Of a DNA stretch of 64,000 bases, positions 1 to 11,888 are shown piece after piece; position 1 is the first letter of the stretch, and the number at the start of each line of letters is the position of its first letter. Origin of the DNA: a bacterium (GTDB lineage: Bacteria > Zhuqueibacterota > Zhuqueibacteria > Oceanimicrobiales > Oceanimicrobiaceae); the NCBI GenBank assembly GCA_037446635.1, contig JBBIIG010000013.1, forward strand, positions 1 to 64,000, written 5' to 3'. The notes under the pieces were generated by a model. That model had not been told where the DNA came from, searched no databases, and saw nothing but the letters and a program-made list of their open reading frames with translations. A program made the translations under genes and the position numbers.

Positions 1-1905
<1,905 letters not shown>

Positions 1906-1925
1906 GCATTTCTCTTTCTAATTTT

Positions 1926-1967
1926 ACCCCCGCAACTATTTTGTGAAAAATATTTGTGGGGTTTTTT
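1926..1967 (+). terminator. Probable intrinsic terminator after ccmF
   Basis: ccccgcaa..ttgtgggg stem followed by T-run. Confidence 0.6.
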
Positions 1968-1986
1968 ATTTTTTCCGAAAAACCCC

Positions 1987-2015
1987 TTGACATAACAGGC
2001 ATTTTTCTTTATATT
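1987..2015 (+). promoter_or_regulatory. sigma70 promoter of suf operon
   Basis: TTGACA(1987-1992), 17 bp spacer, TATATT(2010-2015). Confidence 0.8.
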
Positions 2016-2040
2016 AAACCCGACTAAAATGGTCGGATTT
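2016..2040. promoter_or_regulatory. IscR/Rrf2-type operator palindrome
   Basis: AAACCCGACTAAAATGGTCGGATTT; inverted CCGAC/GTCGG resembling the IscR type-1 site, overlapping the transcription start, directly before the Rrf2 gene. Confidence 0.75.
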
Positions 2041-2051
2041 TGGGATTTCTT

Positions 2052-2486
2052 ATGTTGCGTTTGACCAAAAAATCAGAGTACGGCATCATTGCGCTAAAAT
2101 ACATGCTGAATCAACCGCCCGATTCGATTATCAGGGCAAAGGAAATTTCTGACTTCTATCACATTCCCACTGAGATCATGGCGAAGATCATGCAGAAGCT
2201 GGCGCGCAAAGGCATCATCAAATCTTGCCAGGGCTCTAAAGGCGGATATGTGTTAGCCAAAGACGGGGCGCAGATTTCGCTTTCTGAGATTATCGAAACC
2301 ATCGATGGGCCGGTCAAGCTGGTCGAATGCATGGACGACGACAGCTGTGCCTGCACGCAGTTGAATTACTGCAACATCAGCGACCCGTTTAAGGTGATTC
2401 AGAAGCAGTTTACTCAATTTTTGTCTGGAATATCATTGGCCGATATCAACAACGAACTCGAAATTCAGCGGGTGGTTTGGCATTAG
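2052..2486 (+). CDS. Rrf2 family (IscR-like) Fe-S transcriptional regulator
   Basis: MLRLTKKSEYG N-terminus, G..GGYVLA, C-terminal Cys cluster ECMDDDSCACTQLNYC. Confidence 0.9.
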   Translation: MLRLTKKSEYGIIALKYMLNQPPDSIIRAKEISDFYHIPTEIMAKIMQKLARKGIIKSCQGSKGGYVLAKDGAQISLSEIIETIDGPVKLVECMDDDSCACTQLNYCNISDPFKVIQKQFTQFLSGISLADINNELEIQRVVWH

Positions 2487-2514
2487 GAAGATTGATTTTT
2501 ACGGAGGTATTTAG

Positions 2515-2838
2515 ATGATTCAGGTAACCGAAAAAGCCATCGCGGAACTAAAAAAGCTCATGAGCCAGAATGCCAACGAGGTCACGGGGCTGCGAGTCGG
2601 CGTCAAGGGCGGAGGCTGTTCCGGGCTTTCTTACTTTCTTGATTTTGAAAAGACGCCGCGGCCCGATGACAACATCCTGCAATTTGGAGACCTCACAGTC
2701 TATTTGGATCCAAAAAGTGCGCTCTATCTCAAAGGCACGCAGCTCGATTTTTCCGATGGCCTGAATGGCAAAGGCTTCACCTTCACCAATCCCAACGCCC
2801 AGCGTACCTGCGGCTGCGGCAGCAGCTTTAGTGTCTGA
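2515..2838 (+). CDS. iscA: A-type Fe-S carrier protein (HesB/IscA/ErpA family)
   Basis: GGGCSG and TCGCGSSF motifs. Confidence 0.92.
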   Translation: MIQVTEKAIAELKKLMSQNANEVTGLRVGVKGGGCSGLSYFLDFEKTPRPDDNILQFGDLTVYLDPKSALYLKGTQLDFSDGLNGKGFTFTNPNAQRTCGCGSSFSV

Positions 2839-2846
2839 GGATCAAA

Positions 2847-3305
2847 ATGAGCGCCATCAGACAAACGAAGTATCGCAACAGCAAACAGCGCGCAAGAATT
2901 CTGGAAATTCTACGCTCTACTAAAGTTCACCCAACTGCGATCTGGGTTTATGAGCAACTGCGGCAGGAATTCCCCTCGCTGAGCCTGGGAAACGTATACC
3001 GCAATTTGAACATACTTGTGGAGATCGGGGCGGTGCAGGAGCTGCGGTTTGGCAGCACGTTCGACCGCTATGATGGCAACGTCCAGCCCCATTATCATTT
3101 CATCTGTGACCTTTGCTCCGAAATTCAGGATCTGAATATGGAGCACAATCAGCTCTTGAACGAACAAGTAGAAGAATTGATCAACTGTCGCGTGAACCAT
3201 CATCGGCTTGAATTTTATGGCGTTTGTGCAAAGTGTTGTGACAGAGAAAACCATCGTGAGATGAAAGGAGAAATCTTTAATGCACACCGAACAGTCCACT
3301 ATTGA
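2847..3305 (+). CDS. Fur/PerR family transcriptional regulator
   Basis: [31 protein letters not shown]. Confidence 0.9.
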   Translation: MSAIRQTKYRNSKQRARILEILRSTKVHPTAIWVYEQLRQEFPSLSLGNVYRNLNILVEIGAVQELRFGSTFDRYDGNVQPHYHFICDLCSEIQDLNMEHNQLLNEQVEELINCRVNHHRLEFYGVCAKCCDRENHREMKGEIFNAHRTVHY

Positions 3306-4725
3306 ACAATATACCAAACGCGAGTATAAATGGGGTTTTACGACTGATATTGACACCGAAATCGCGCCCAAAGGCCTCAACGAAGATATCATTCGCTACA
3401 TCTCTGCAAAAAAGAACGAGCCCCAGTTTTTGCTGGAATGGCGGTTGAAGGCTTTTCGCCATTGGTTGACAATGGAAGAGCCGAAGTGGCCCAACGTGAA
3501 ATATCCGCCCATCGATTATCAGGATGCCTACTACTACGCCGCGCCGAAGCAGCAAAAGCAGCCCAAGAGTTTGGATGAAGTTGACCCCAAGCTGCGCGAA
3601 ACCTTTGATAAACTCGGCATTTCGTTGGACGAACAGAAGCGCCTCACCGGCGTGGCCGTGGACGCGGTGATGGACAGCGTCTCGGTGGCAACCACTTTCA
3701 AAAAAGAGCTGGCCAAGTTAGGCATCATCTTTTGTTCGTTTTCTGAGGCCGTTCAAAATCATCCGCAGTTGGTGCAGAAATATCTGGGCTCCGTTGTGCC
3801 TTACACCGACAATTTTTTCGCCTCGTTGAACTCAGCGGTGTTCAGCGACGGGTCGTTTTGCTACATTCCCAAAGGCGTGCGCTGTCCTATGGAATTGTCC
3901 ACCTATTTTCGAATTAATGCCGCCAAAACCGGCCAGTTCGAGCGTACGCTCATCATCGCGGAAGAGGGCGCTTACGTTAGTTACCTCGAAGGCTGCACCG
4001 CTCCCATGCGCGACGAAAATCAGTTGCACGCGGCGGTGGTGGAACTGGTCGCCCACAAAAACGCCCAAATCAAATATTCCACTGTGCAGAACTGGTACCC
4101 CGGCGATGAAAAAGGACGCGGCGGCGTTTACAACTTCGTCACCAAGCGCGGCATTTGTCTCGATGAAAACGCGAAAATTTCGTGGACGCAGGTGGAAACC
4201 GGCTCCGCCATCACCTGGAAGTACCCCAGCGTGATTCTAAAGGGCGACAACTCGGTCGGCGAGTTTTATTCCGTAGCGCTGACCAACAATTACCAGCAAG
4301 CCGACACCGGCACCAAAATGATCCACCTCGGCAAAAACACCCGCAGCACCATTGTCTCCAAAGGCATCTCCGCCGGACGCAGCAACAACTCGTATCGCGG
4401 ACTCGTGCGCGTGGCTAAAAAAGCCGACAACGCCCGCAATTTCTCGCAGTGTGATTCGCTGCTGATTGGCGACAAATGCGGCGCCCACACGTTTCCGTAC
4501 CTTGAAGTGTACAACAAATCGGCGCGCATCGAACACGAAGCCACCACTACAAAAGTCGGGGAAGATCAAATTTTTTACTGCAACCAGCGCGGCATTGACA
4601 CCGAAGACGCGGTGGCTTTAATCGTCAACGGCTACTGCAAGGAAGTTTTCAAAGAGCTGCCGATGGAGTTTGCCGTGGAAGCGCAGAAGCTGCTGGCGAT
4701 TAGTTTGGAGGGGAGTGTTGGATAA
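3280..4725 (+). CDS. sufB: Fe-S cluster assembly protein SufB
   Basis: [25 protein letters not shown]-terminal SLEGSVG. Confidence 0.98.
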   Translation: MHTEQSTIEQYTKREYKWGFTTDIDTEIAPKGLNEDIIRYISAKKNEPQFLLEWRLKAFRHWLTMEEPKWPNVKYPPIDYQDAYYYAAPKQQKQPKSLDEVDPKLRETFDKLGISLDEQKRLTGVAVDAVMDSVSVATTFKKELAKLGIIFCSFSEAVQNHPQLVQKYLGSVVPYTDNFFASLNSAVFSDGSFCYIPKGVRCPMELSTYFRINAAKTGQFERTLIIAEEGAYVSYLEGCTAPMRDENQLHAAVVELVAHKNAQIKYSTVQNWYPGDEKGRGGVYNFVTKRGICLDENAKISWTQVETGSAITWKYPSVILKGDNSVGEFYSVALTNNYQQADTGTKMIHLGKNTRSTIVSKGISAGRSNNSYRGLVRVAKKADNARNFSQCDSLLIGDKCGAHTFPYLEVYNKSARIEHEATTTKVGEDQIFYCNQRGIDTEDAVALIVNGYCKEVFKELPMEFAVEAQKLLAISLEGSVG

Positions 4726-4779
4726 TTATGACGCGAGAAAAAGAAGTATTTGAAGCTCAGTATGAAATGAGGTAACGAC

Positions 4780-5154
4780 ATGTCGAATGAAAAAGCAGCG
4801 GCAGATTTAGTCCATATCGATGAAGGCGAGGAAGAAAGTCTATTTGAAATGGCTAATCTTCGGCAGAGTTCGACGGGGTTGCCCATGGTGATTTGGGTGA
4901 GTGAGAAAGGCCATGCTCAACATGGACCGCGCATCAAAGTAAGCAAAACTCATAGCCACAAGGCAAATGTCACAGATGCGATATCTGTCTCTATAAGTGA
5001 TGAACCAGAAATTGTTGCAGGAGAAGGCTTGAGTACGAGAGATTTTAACTCTGTAAAAAACTATATTAAACTCAACAAAGACGTACTTCTCGATTACTGG
5101 TATGGAGAAATTGATACCGCAGAACTAATAAGTAAGCTAAAAAAAGTATCGTAA
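4780..5154 (+). CDS. Hypothetical protein (DUF4160-like, tentative) inserted between sufB and sufC
   Basis: RBS GAGGT; MANL...TGLPMVIWV...HGPRIKV motif; AT-richer codon usage than flanks. Confidence 0.65.
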   Translation: MSNEKAAADLVHIDEGEEESLFEMANLRQSSTGLPMVIWVSEKGHAQHGPRIKVSKTHSHKANVTDAISVSISDEPEIVAGEGLSTRDFNSVKNYIKLNKDVLLDYWYGEIDTAELISKLKKVS

Positions 5155-5169
5155 GGAGAAAGAAAATTT

Positions 5170-5940
5170 ATGCTGGAAATTAGAGGATTACGAGTAGCAG
5201 TCGAAGGTCACGAGATTCTTAAAGGTGTGGATTTGAAGGTAAATCGCGGAGAGGTGCACGCCATCATGGGGCCGAACGGCTCCGGCAAAAGCACGCTCGC
5301 CAATGTCTTGGCCGGCCGCGAGGAATACGAAGTTTTGGGCGGAGAGATCATTTATAATGGAAAAAACTTGTTGGAGATGAGCCCGGAAGACCGCGCCCGC
5401 GAAGGATTGTTCTTGGCGTTTCAATACCCGGTAGAAATTCCCGGCGTCAGCATGTCCAATTTTTTGAAGACCGCGCTCAATGAAATTCGCGAATACCGCG
5501 GCCAGGAAAAATTGGACGCGATGGAGTTTTTCGCATTGGTGCGCGAGAAGCTGCAGCTGGTGCGTATGGACGAGAAATTTCTGAGCCGCTCGATCAACGA
5601 GGGCTTTTCCGGCGGCGAGAAAAAACGCAACGAGATTTTTCAAATGGCGGTGCTGCAGCCGCAGTTGGCGGTTCTCGACGAGACCGACTCCGGTCTCGAT
5701 ATTGACGCCCTCAAAATCGTGGCCAATGGCGTCAATACCCTGCGCAGCAAAGACAACGCAACCATCGTCGTAACCCACTACCAGCGTTTGTTGAACTACA
5801 TCGTCCCGGATTTCGTCCACGTGTTGGTGGATGGCCAAATTGTTAAATCCGGCGATAAAAAACTAGCATTGAAGCTGGAGGAGTTAGGATACGACTGGCT
5901 GAAAGAAGACGCCGAGGAAACAGAAATGGCCGTCGCGTAA
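5170..5940 (+). CDS. sufC: Fe-S assembly ATPase SufC
   Basis: GPNGSGKST Walker A, FQYPVEIPG, FSGGEKKR, LDETDSGLD. Confidence 0.98.
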   Translation: MLEIRGLRVAVEGHEILKGVDLKVNRGEVHAIMGPNGSGKSTLANVLAGREEYEVLGGEIIYNGKNLLEMSPEDRAREGLFLAFQYPVEIPGVSMSNFLKTALNEIREYRGQEKLDAMEFFALVREKLQLVRMDEKFLSRSINEGFSGGEKKRNEIFQMAVLQPQLAVLDETDSGLDIDALKIVANGVNTLRSKDNATIVVTHYQRLLNYIVPDFVHVLVDGQIVKSGDKKLALKLEELGYDWLKEDAEETEMAVA

Positions 5941-5981
5941 ATCAGCGGCTTGAATTTCAGATTAGGCGATAGGAAGAAAAA

Positions 5982-7298
5982 ATGAGCGATACAAAATTCG
6001 ATGCCAAACAATGGTATCTATCAACTTTCGAGACCTTTGAAAGCAGCTTGAACGGCCGTAAGAACGTTCCGTTTCACAAAATTCGCAAACAGGCCATCGC
6101 GCGTTTTGCTGATTTGGGATTTCCAACCACGCGCAACGAGGAGTGGAAGTACACCAGCGTCGCGCCAATACTTGAGCACAAGTTCAATCTCTCTACTCGT
6201 GCGGTCTCCGTTTCTGAAAAGATAGTAAGACGGTTTCTCTTTGAGGGAGTGGATAAAAACATTTTGGTTTTCGTGAATGGGCATTTTGACGAAAAGCGGT
6301 CTCGCATCGAGAGCGCGCGTAAGGGACTGGTGATCGAAAATTTGAAGAATGTCATTTCGAACGGAAATAAGCTGCCGGAAAAATATCATCACGGTTTCGA
6401 ATCGAATCAAAACGAAACCTTTGCGGCCCTCAACACGGCGTTTGCGCACGATGGCATTTACCTCAATATCCCCAAGGGGATGGTGGTCGAAGAACCGATT
6501 GTTCTGCTCTATTTGTCCGATGCCCTGAACGATTCGTTTGTGGCGCACCCGCGCAATCTGATTGTCGCGGGTGCCGGCAGCCAGATGCGTTTGCTGGAAT
6601 GTTATCACGCGATTTCGGATGCCCCGTATTTTAACAACGTGGTGACGGAAGTTTTCGTCGAAGAGCAGGCGGTGGTGGATCACATCAAAATTCAGGAAGA
6701 AAGCCTGCGGGCGTACCACATCGCCAACACGCAGATCAATCAGGAACATCGCAGTGTGTTCAACTGCATCAACATCGATTTGGGCGGCGCGCTGGTGCGC
6801 AACAATTTGAACGTACGGCTTAACGCCGAAAACTGTGAGACGCACCTGTTCGGATTTTTCCTCGGCAGCGGCGCGCAGCTCATCGACAACCACACCTTCA
6901 TCGATCACGCCCAACCGCACTGTTTCAGCAACGAATTGTACAAAGGCATTTTGGATGACAAATCCCGTGGCGTCTTCAACGGCAAGATCATGGTGCGGCG
7001 CGATGCGCAGAAAACCAACGCCCTGCAATCCAACAAAACACTATTGCTCACGGATGACGCCGCCATTTTCGCCAAGCCGCAGCTCGAAATTTTTGCCGAT
7101 GATGTGAAGTGCACGCACGGCGCTACCATCGGCCAGTTGGATGACGAGGCGCTGTTTTATTTGCGCGCTCGCGGCATCAGCGAAAATGTCGCGCTGGCCA
7201 TGCTGCGCTACGCTTTTGCCGGCGATATTTTCGAAAACATTAAAATCGATTCGGTGCGGGAAGGATTGGCCCGTAAAGTTTTCGAACGCCTGAAATAA
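5982..7298 (+). CDS. sufD: Fe-S assembly protein SufD
   Basis: EEWKYT, PQLEIFADDVKCTHGATIG, FYLRARGI. Confidence 0.96.
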   Translation: MSDTKFDAKQWYLSTFETFESSLNGRKNVPFHKIRKQAIARFADLGFPTTRNEEWKYTSVAPILEHKFNLSTRAVSVSEKIVRRFLFEGVDKNILVFVNGHFDEKRSRIESARKGLVIENLKNVISNGNKLPEKYHHGFESNQNETFAALNTAFAHDGIYLNIPKGMVVEEPIVLLYLSDALNDSFVAHPRNLIVAGAGSQMRLLECYHAISDAPYFNNVVTEVFVEEQAVVDHIKIQEESLRAYHIANTQINQEHRSVFNCINIDLGGALVRNNLNVRLNAENCETHLFGFFLGSGAQLIDNHTFIDHAQPHCFSNELYKGILDDKSRGVFNGKIMVRRDAQKTNALQSNKTLLLTDDAAIFAKPQLEIFADDVKCTHGATIGQLDDEALFYLRARGISENVALAMLRYAFAGDIFENIKIDSVREGLARKVFERLK

Positions 7299-7311
7299 CG
7301 GAGAATCTAAC

Positions 7312-8586
7312 GTGGAAGACCTAATCGATACTGTAACCGTGCACGCGCCAATTGTAATCGAGCGCAACGGATTCGATGTGGAAGTCGTGCGCGAAGATTT
7401 CCCGATCCTGCAGCAGAAAGTTCACGGGCGGGATTTGGTTTATTTAGATAACGCCGCCTCGACGCAAAAGCCGCGCTCCGTGATCGACGCGATTTCATCC
7501 TATTACAAAGGCTACAACGCCAATATTCATCGCGGGGTGCACTATTTGAGCGAGCTGGCCACGCAGCGCTACGAGGAAGTGCGGCTGCAAATCAAAAACT
7601 TTCTTAATGCCGAATCTCATCGTGAAATTATTTTTACCAAAGGCACCACCGAGTCAATCAATTTGGTGGCTTCATCCTTTGGAAGAAAATTCATGCGGGC
7701 CGGCGACGAGATTATTATCTCAACGATGGAGCATCACTCGAACATTGTGCCGTGGCAACTGCTTTGCGAAACCACCGGCGCAAAATTGCGGGTGATTCCG
7801 ATTAACGATGATGCCGAAATTCTTCTCGATGAATTCGAGAAGCTCTTTAATTCGCGCACGCGATTGGTATCGGTGGCGCACGTCTCAAATTCGCTTGGCA
7901 CCATCAACCCGGTAAAAGAGATGATTGCAGTGGCTCATCGCCACAACGTACCGGTAATGTTGGACGGCGCGCAAGCGGCGCCCCATCAAGCTGTGGATGT
8001 GCGCGAACTCGACTGTGATTTTTATGCCTTCTCCGGCCACAAAGTTTTTGGTCCCACAGGCATTGGCGTTTTATACGGAAAAGAGCGTTGGCTGCACGCC
8101 ATGCCGCCATACCAGGGCGGGGGAGATATGATCGAATCGGTGACGTTTGAGAAAACCACTTTCGCCCAATTACCCAACAGATTTGAAGCCGGCACCCCGA
8201 ATATCGCTGGCGTGATCGGTTTGGGCAAGGCGCTCGAATACGTCAGCAAAATCGGCTACGACGCCATTCATGCACATGAAACGGAATTGCTTAGTTACGC
8301 CACCGCGGCTCTGGAATCCATCAAAGGCGTGCGCATCATTGGCACGGCAAAGGAAAAGGCCAGCGTAATCTCGTTTGTGGTGGAGGGCATTCATCCGCAC
8401 GACATCGGAACAGTGCTGGATCGCGAGGGCATCGCCATTCGCACGGGACACCACTGCGCGCAGCCGGTGATGCAGCGTTTCAACGTGCCCGCCACCTCGC
8501 GCGCATCGTTCGCATTGTATAACACGATCGCTGAAGTTGATAAATTGGTTGCCGCCCTTCACAAAGCGATTGACATACTCGGGTAG
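7312..8586 (+). CDS. sufS: Cysteine desulfurase SufS
   Basis: YLDNAASTQKP, FSGHK, RTGHHCAQP. Confidence 0.97.
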   Translation: MEDLIDTVTVHAPIVIERNGFDVEVVREDFPILQQKVHGRDLVYLDNAASTQKPRSVIDAISSYYKGYNANIHRGVHYLSELATQRYEEVRLQIKNFLNAESHREIIFTKGTTESINLVASSFGRKFMRAGDEIIISTMEHHSNIVPWQLLCETTGAKLRVIPINDDAEILLDEFEKLFNSRTRLVSVAHVSNSLGTINPVKEMIAVAHRHNVPVMLDGAQAAPHQAVDVRELDCDFYAFSGHKVFGPTGIGVLYGKERWLHAMPPYQGGGDMIESVTFEKTTFAQLPNRFEAGTPNIAGVIGLGKALEYVSKIGYDAIHAHETELLSYATAALESIKGVRIIGTAKEKASVISFVVEGIHPHDIGTVLDREGIAIRTGHHCAQPVMQRFNVPATSRASFALYNTIAEVDKLVAALHKAIDILG

Positions 8587-8619
8587 GGCAACCAGACTGG
8601 TCGACCAACAAAACGCGAA

Positions 8620-9063
8620 ATGGACGAACTCAGAGAACTCTACCAAGAGATCATTTTAGATCACAACAAAAATCCCAAAAATTTTCGGGAGATTGCGGGG
8701 GCAACCCACAACTCGGAGGGCTACAATCCCCTCTGCGGCGACCGCGTGCACCTTTTTTTGAAGGTCGAAGATGGCCGCATCGCGGATGTGGGGTTCACTG
8801 GCTCCGGCTGCGCGATTTCCAAAGCCTCGGCCTCAGTGATGACGACTGAAATCAAAGGCAAGACGGTCGAGGAGTCAAAAGAGTTGTTCAAAAAATTTCA
8901 AAACGTGATTACCGGTGGCGACGCCGATGTTTCAAAATTGGGAAAGCTGGCGGTGTTTGCTGGCGTGCGGGAGTTTCCAGTGCGTGTGAAATGCGCGGCG
9001 CTGGCGTGGCACACGCTTTTGGCGGCTTTGGAAAAGAAAAACGAAGCGGTTTCAACTGAATAA
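8620..9063 (+). CDS. sufU: SUF system NifU-like protein SufU
   Basis: NPLCGD, GCAISKAS, RVKCA. Confidence 0.95.
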   Translation: MDELRELYQEIILDHNKNPKNFREIAGATHNSEGYNPLCGDRVHLFLKVEDGRIADVGFTGSGCAISKASASVMTTEIKGKTVEESKELFKKFQNVITGGDADVSKLGKLAVFAGVREFPVRVKCAALAWHTLLAALEKKNEAVSTE

Positions 9064-9067
9064 CTTG

Positions 9068-9100
9068 ATGTAGGCAACACATACGATGCGTTCCCTACAT
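9068..9100. repeat. REP-like (GTAG-type) palindrome
   Basis: atgtaggcaacacat-acg-atgcgttccctacat imperfect inverted repeat, intergenic. Confidence 0.6.
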
Positions 9101-9114
9101 TTGGATTGCTAAAT

Positions 9115-9435
9115 ATGGAAACCAATTCACAACCTGACCTCAAAGAACAAATCGTCGGGGTTTTGCGGACCTGTTATGATCCGGAAATTCCGGTGAATAT
9201 TTACGAATTAGGTTTGATTTACGACATTCACGTTGATGAGCAGAATAACGCTTACGTGAAAATGACGCTCACGTCGCCGGCCTGTCCGGCGGCAGGCACG
9301 CTGCCCGGCGAAGTAGAGGATAAAATCCGCCGGCTGCCCGGAATCAAAGACGTGCGCGTGGACGTAGTTTGGGAACCGCCATGGAATCCGGATATGATGA
9401 GCGATGTCGCGCGTTACGAACTGGGGATGATCTAA
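9115..9435 (+). CDS. sufT: DUF59/MIP18 Fe-S assembly protein SufT
   Basis: DPEIPVNIYELGLIY, MTLTSPACP, WEPPW. Confidence 0.92.
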   Translation: METNSQPDLKEQIVGVLRTCYDPEIPVNIYELGLIYDIHVDEQNNAYVKMTLTSPACPAAGTLPGEVEDKIRRLPGIKDVRVDVVWEPPWNPDMMSDVARYELGMI

Positions 9436-9504
9436 TCCTAAGTGCTTTTAATCCGTGTGAATTTGACTATGCTCTGTTGTAATCTCTAAATAGAAAGTTT
9501 TTAT

Positions 9505-9539
9505 AAGGCTCTTTTCATTCAAACATGAGAGCCTTTTTT
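9505..9539 (+). terminator. Intrinsic terminator of suf operon
   Basis: aaggctct...agagcctt stem followed by T-run. Confidence 0.75.
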
Positions 9540-9625
9540 GTTTTCAGACGAGCGGGAAAAACGCTTGAGTTTTCAAACTAAATTAATTAGATTTTTGCCG
9601 CTCACAAACCAGAGGAGAGAGGAAT

Positions 9626-10312
9626 ATGAAGGCAGATTTCAAGCCGTACCTCGCTGAGGCTGTAGCAACATTTGCCCTGTGCTTCATTGGCGCCGGCGCC
9701 ATTGTCACCGATGCCTACACCGAGGGCAGCGTCACGTTGCTGGGCATCGCGGTTGCGCACGGCCTTACGTTGGCGATTATGGTTACCGCCACGGGACACA
9801 TTTCCGGCGGCCATGTCAATCCTGCCGTCACCATCGGTTTTCTGGTTACCGGACGAATTCCGGTGGGCAAAGGAATCGGGTATATTTTTTCACAGTTATT
9901 AGGCGGCGTGCTCGCAGGATTTGCGCTGCGCGCGATTTACAATCCCGATGCGTGGTCGGTCGTGAATTTGGGAACCCCGGCCCTCAGCGCTGGCGTGCCG
10001 TTTCTACAGGGCGTTTATCTCGAAGCTATTTTAACGTTCTTCCTAGTATTCACGGTTTTTGCCACCGCCGTCGATTCGCGCGCGCCGAAAAATGTTTATG
10101 GTTTCGCCATCGGCCTCGTGCTGGTTTTTGATATCTTGATGGGCGGCCCGCTCACCGGCGCCGCGATGAATCCGGCGCGAACCTTCGGGCCGGCGGTTGC
10201 ATCTGGATTTTTCCAAAACCACTTGGTTTATTGGATTGGCCCCGGCATTGGCGGCGCGGTTGCGGCTTTGCTTTATCACCATCTGCTGATGCCCAAATCC
10301 GAATCAAACTAA
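9626..10312 (+). CDS. MIP family channel (aquaporin)
   Basis: Two NPA motifs (SGGHVNPA, AMNPAR), six TMs, RBS AGGAG. Confidence 0.95.
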   Translation: MKADFKPYLAEAVATFALCFIGAGAIVTDAYTEGSVTLLGIAVAHGLTLAIMVTATGHISGGHVNPAVTIGFLVTGRIPVGKGIGYIFSQLLGGVLAGFALRAIYNPDAWSVVNLGTPALSAGVPFLQGVYLEAILTFFLVFTVFATAVDSRAPKNVYGFAIGLVLVFDILMGGPLTGAAMNPARTFGPAVASGFFQNHLVYWIGPGIGGAVAALLYHHLLMPKSESN

Positions 10313-10352
10313 AATTTCATTTGCACATTCACCAATTCTGCAAGGAGGTAAG

Positions 10353-11141
10353 ATGCCTGAGAATTTAGTTGACTACCGCGTAGAAAGTGGAATCGCAATA
10401 CTCGAATTGAACAATCCTCCGGCCAACAGCTACAATCACGAGATGATGAAACAGTTGGATGCTTGTGTTCTGCAGGCACGATTTGACGAATCCGTGCACG
10501 TGCTGGTCATCACCGGCAAAGGTGACAAATTTTTCTCCGGCGGCGCGGACATTAAAATGCTGCAAGAGAATTCCGCAAACTATCTCTACAATTTTGGACT
10601 GCACGGCAACGAAACGTTACTGCGATTGGAGAACACGCCGAAGCTGGTCATCGCGGCGTTGAACGGCCACGCCATGGGCGGTGGATTGGAAATTGCCATG
10701 GCCTGCGACCTGCGCGTCGCCAAAAAAGGCGGCAGCAAAATCGGTTTGCCAGAAGTTAATTTGGGAGTGCTGCCGGGAATGGGAGGAACTCAACGGCTGC
10801 CGCGATTGATCGGCCGCACGAAAGCCATGGAATTGATGGCCTCGGGTGCCGCCATTTCTTTTGAAGAAGGTCTGCAATTAGGACTCATCAATCACATTTT
10901 CGATGCAGAAGGTTTTTGGGACAAAGTGCTGGAGTACGCCCAGCAATTCGTCGCGCCGAAAAAAGCCAGCCTGTCGGTGGGATTGATCAAGCGCTCTCTG
11001 AAATCCGGGGTGGAGATGTCGCTGCCGGATGCTCTGGCGCTGGAACGCGAACTTCTTCAACGCGTGTTTGATAGTGAGGATTCGCAAGAGGGTTTGAAAG
11101 CATTTATTGAAAAAAGGACAGCGAATTTTAAAGGGAAGTGA
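10353..11141 (+). CDS. Enoyl-CoA hydratase/isomerase (crotonase) family protein
   Basis: FSGGADI, GGGLEIAMACD, GLPEVNLG..PG.GGTQRL. Confidence 0.93.
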   Translation: MPENLVDYRVESGIAILELNNPPANSYNHEMMKQLDACVLQARFDESVHVLVITGKGDKFFSGGADIKMLQENSANYLYNFGLHGNETLLRLENTPKLVIAALNGHAMGGGLEIAMACDLRVAKKGGSKIGLPEVNLGVLPGMGGTQRLPRLIGRTKAMELMASGAAISFEEGLQLGLINHIFDAEGFWDKVLEYAQQFVAPKKASLSVGLIKRSLKSGVEMSLPDALALERELLQRVFDSEDSQEGLKAFIEKRTANFKGK

Positions 11142-11143
11142 TC

Positions 11144-11443
11144 ATGAAAAAGAAATTGAGCCTTGAGGAAGTTCAGAAAAATCTGAGTGAAATCATTGAG
11201 CAGCTAAAACAAAACGGTGGCTATGTTGAGGTTGTGGAAAACCATCATATTGCCGCGGTGATTTTGAATTTTGATCAATTCGAGAAATTCAAAAAGTTCA
11301 TTCCGGATTTGTTGACAGCGGACACAAAAGCGAAACCAGACTGGAAAATACGGGGTTCAGTCAGGATCACCGAAGATTTTGAGGAAGCGTCTGCAGAAAT
11401 ATCGAAGTCTATCTGGGAATCAATTGAAAAACAGGAACTGTAA
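11144..11443 (+). CDS. Phd/YefM-like antitoxin
   Basis: Phd-like N-terminus (EVQKNLSEIIE...AAVIL), directly upstream of a PIN toxin. Confidence 0.75.
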   Translation: MKKKLSLEEVQKNLSEIIEQLKQNGGYVEVVENHHIAAVILNFDQFEKFKKFIPDLLTADTKAKPDWKIRGSVRITEDFEEASAEISKSIWESIEKQEL

Positions 11444-11460
11444 CGTCAAGGATAATTCTC

Positions 11461-11862
11461 GTGTACGTTACGGACACCCATCCGCTGGTCTTCTACACCG
11501 CGAACCAATCCAAAAAGTTGAGTAAGAAGGCGTTACAAATTTTTGAGGAGTGTGAGCGGGGCAATTTAGTCATTTATATTCCCGCGGCGGTGCTTTGGGA
11601 ATACTCGGTGTTGGTGAAAACGGGCAAAATCATCCTTGAAGAAGACCAGACTTTTGAAGCTTGGTGCCAGAGAGTAGTGCGAGTGCCAAGCTTTGTGTAT
11701 TTGCCTTTGGAGGTTGACCACATAAAGCAAGCTCACAACTATAATTTCCACAAGGATCCTTTTGATTTGTTGATTGTGGCGACGGCTAAAATTCTAAACA
11801 TGCCCTTGATCACCAAAGACAGCATCATCACCGATGCCAACATTGTTGAAGTAATCTGGTAA
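11461..11862 (+). CDS. vapC: VapC/PIN domain toxin
   Basis: YVTDTH, VLWE, HKDPFD.LI.ATA, LITKD. Confidence 0.9.
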   Translation: MYVTDTHPLVFYTANQSKKLSKKALQIFEECERGNLVIYIPAAVLWEYSVLVKTGKIILEEDQTFEAWCQRVVRVPSFVYLPLEVDHIKQAHNYNFHKDPFDLLIVATAKILNMPLITKDSIITDANIVEVIW

Positions 11863-11888
11863 CCCAAATTCAGAAAGGAGAAATCTGA

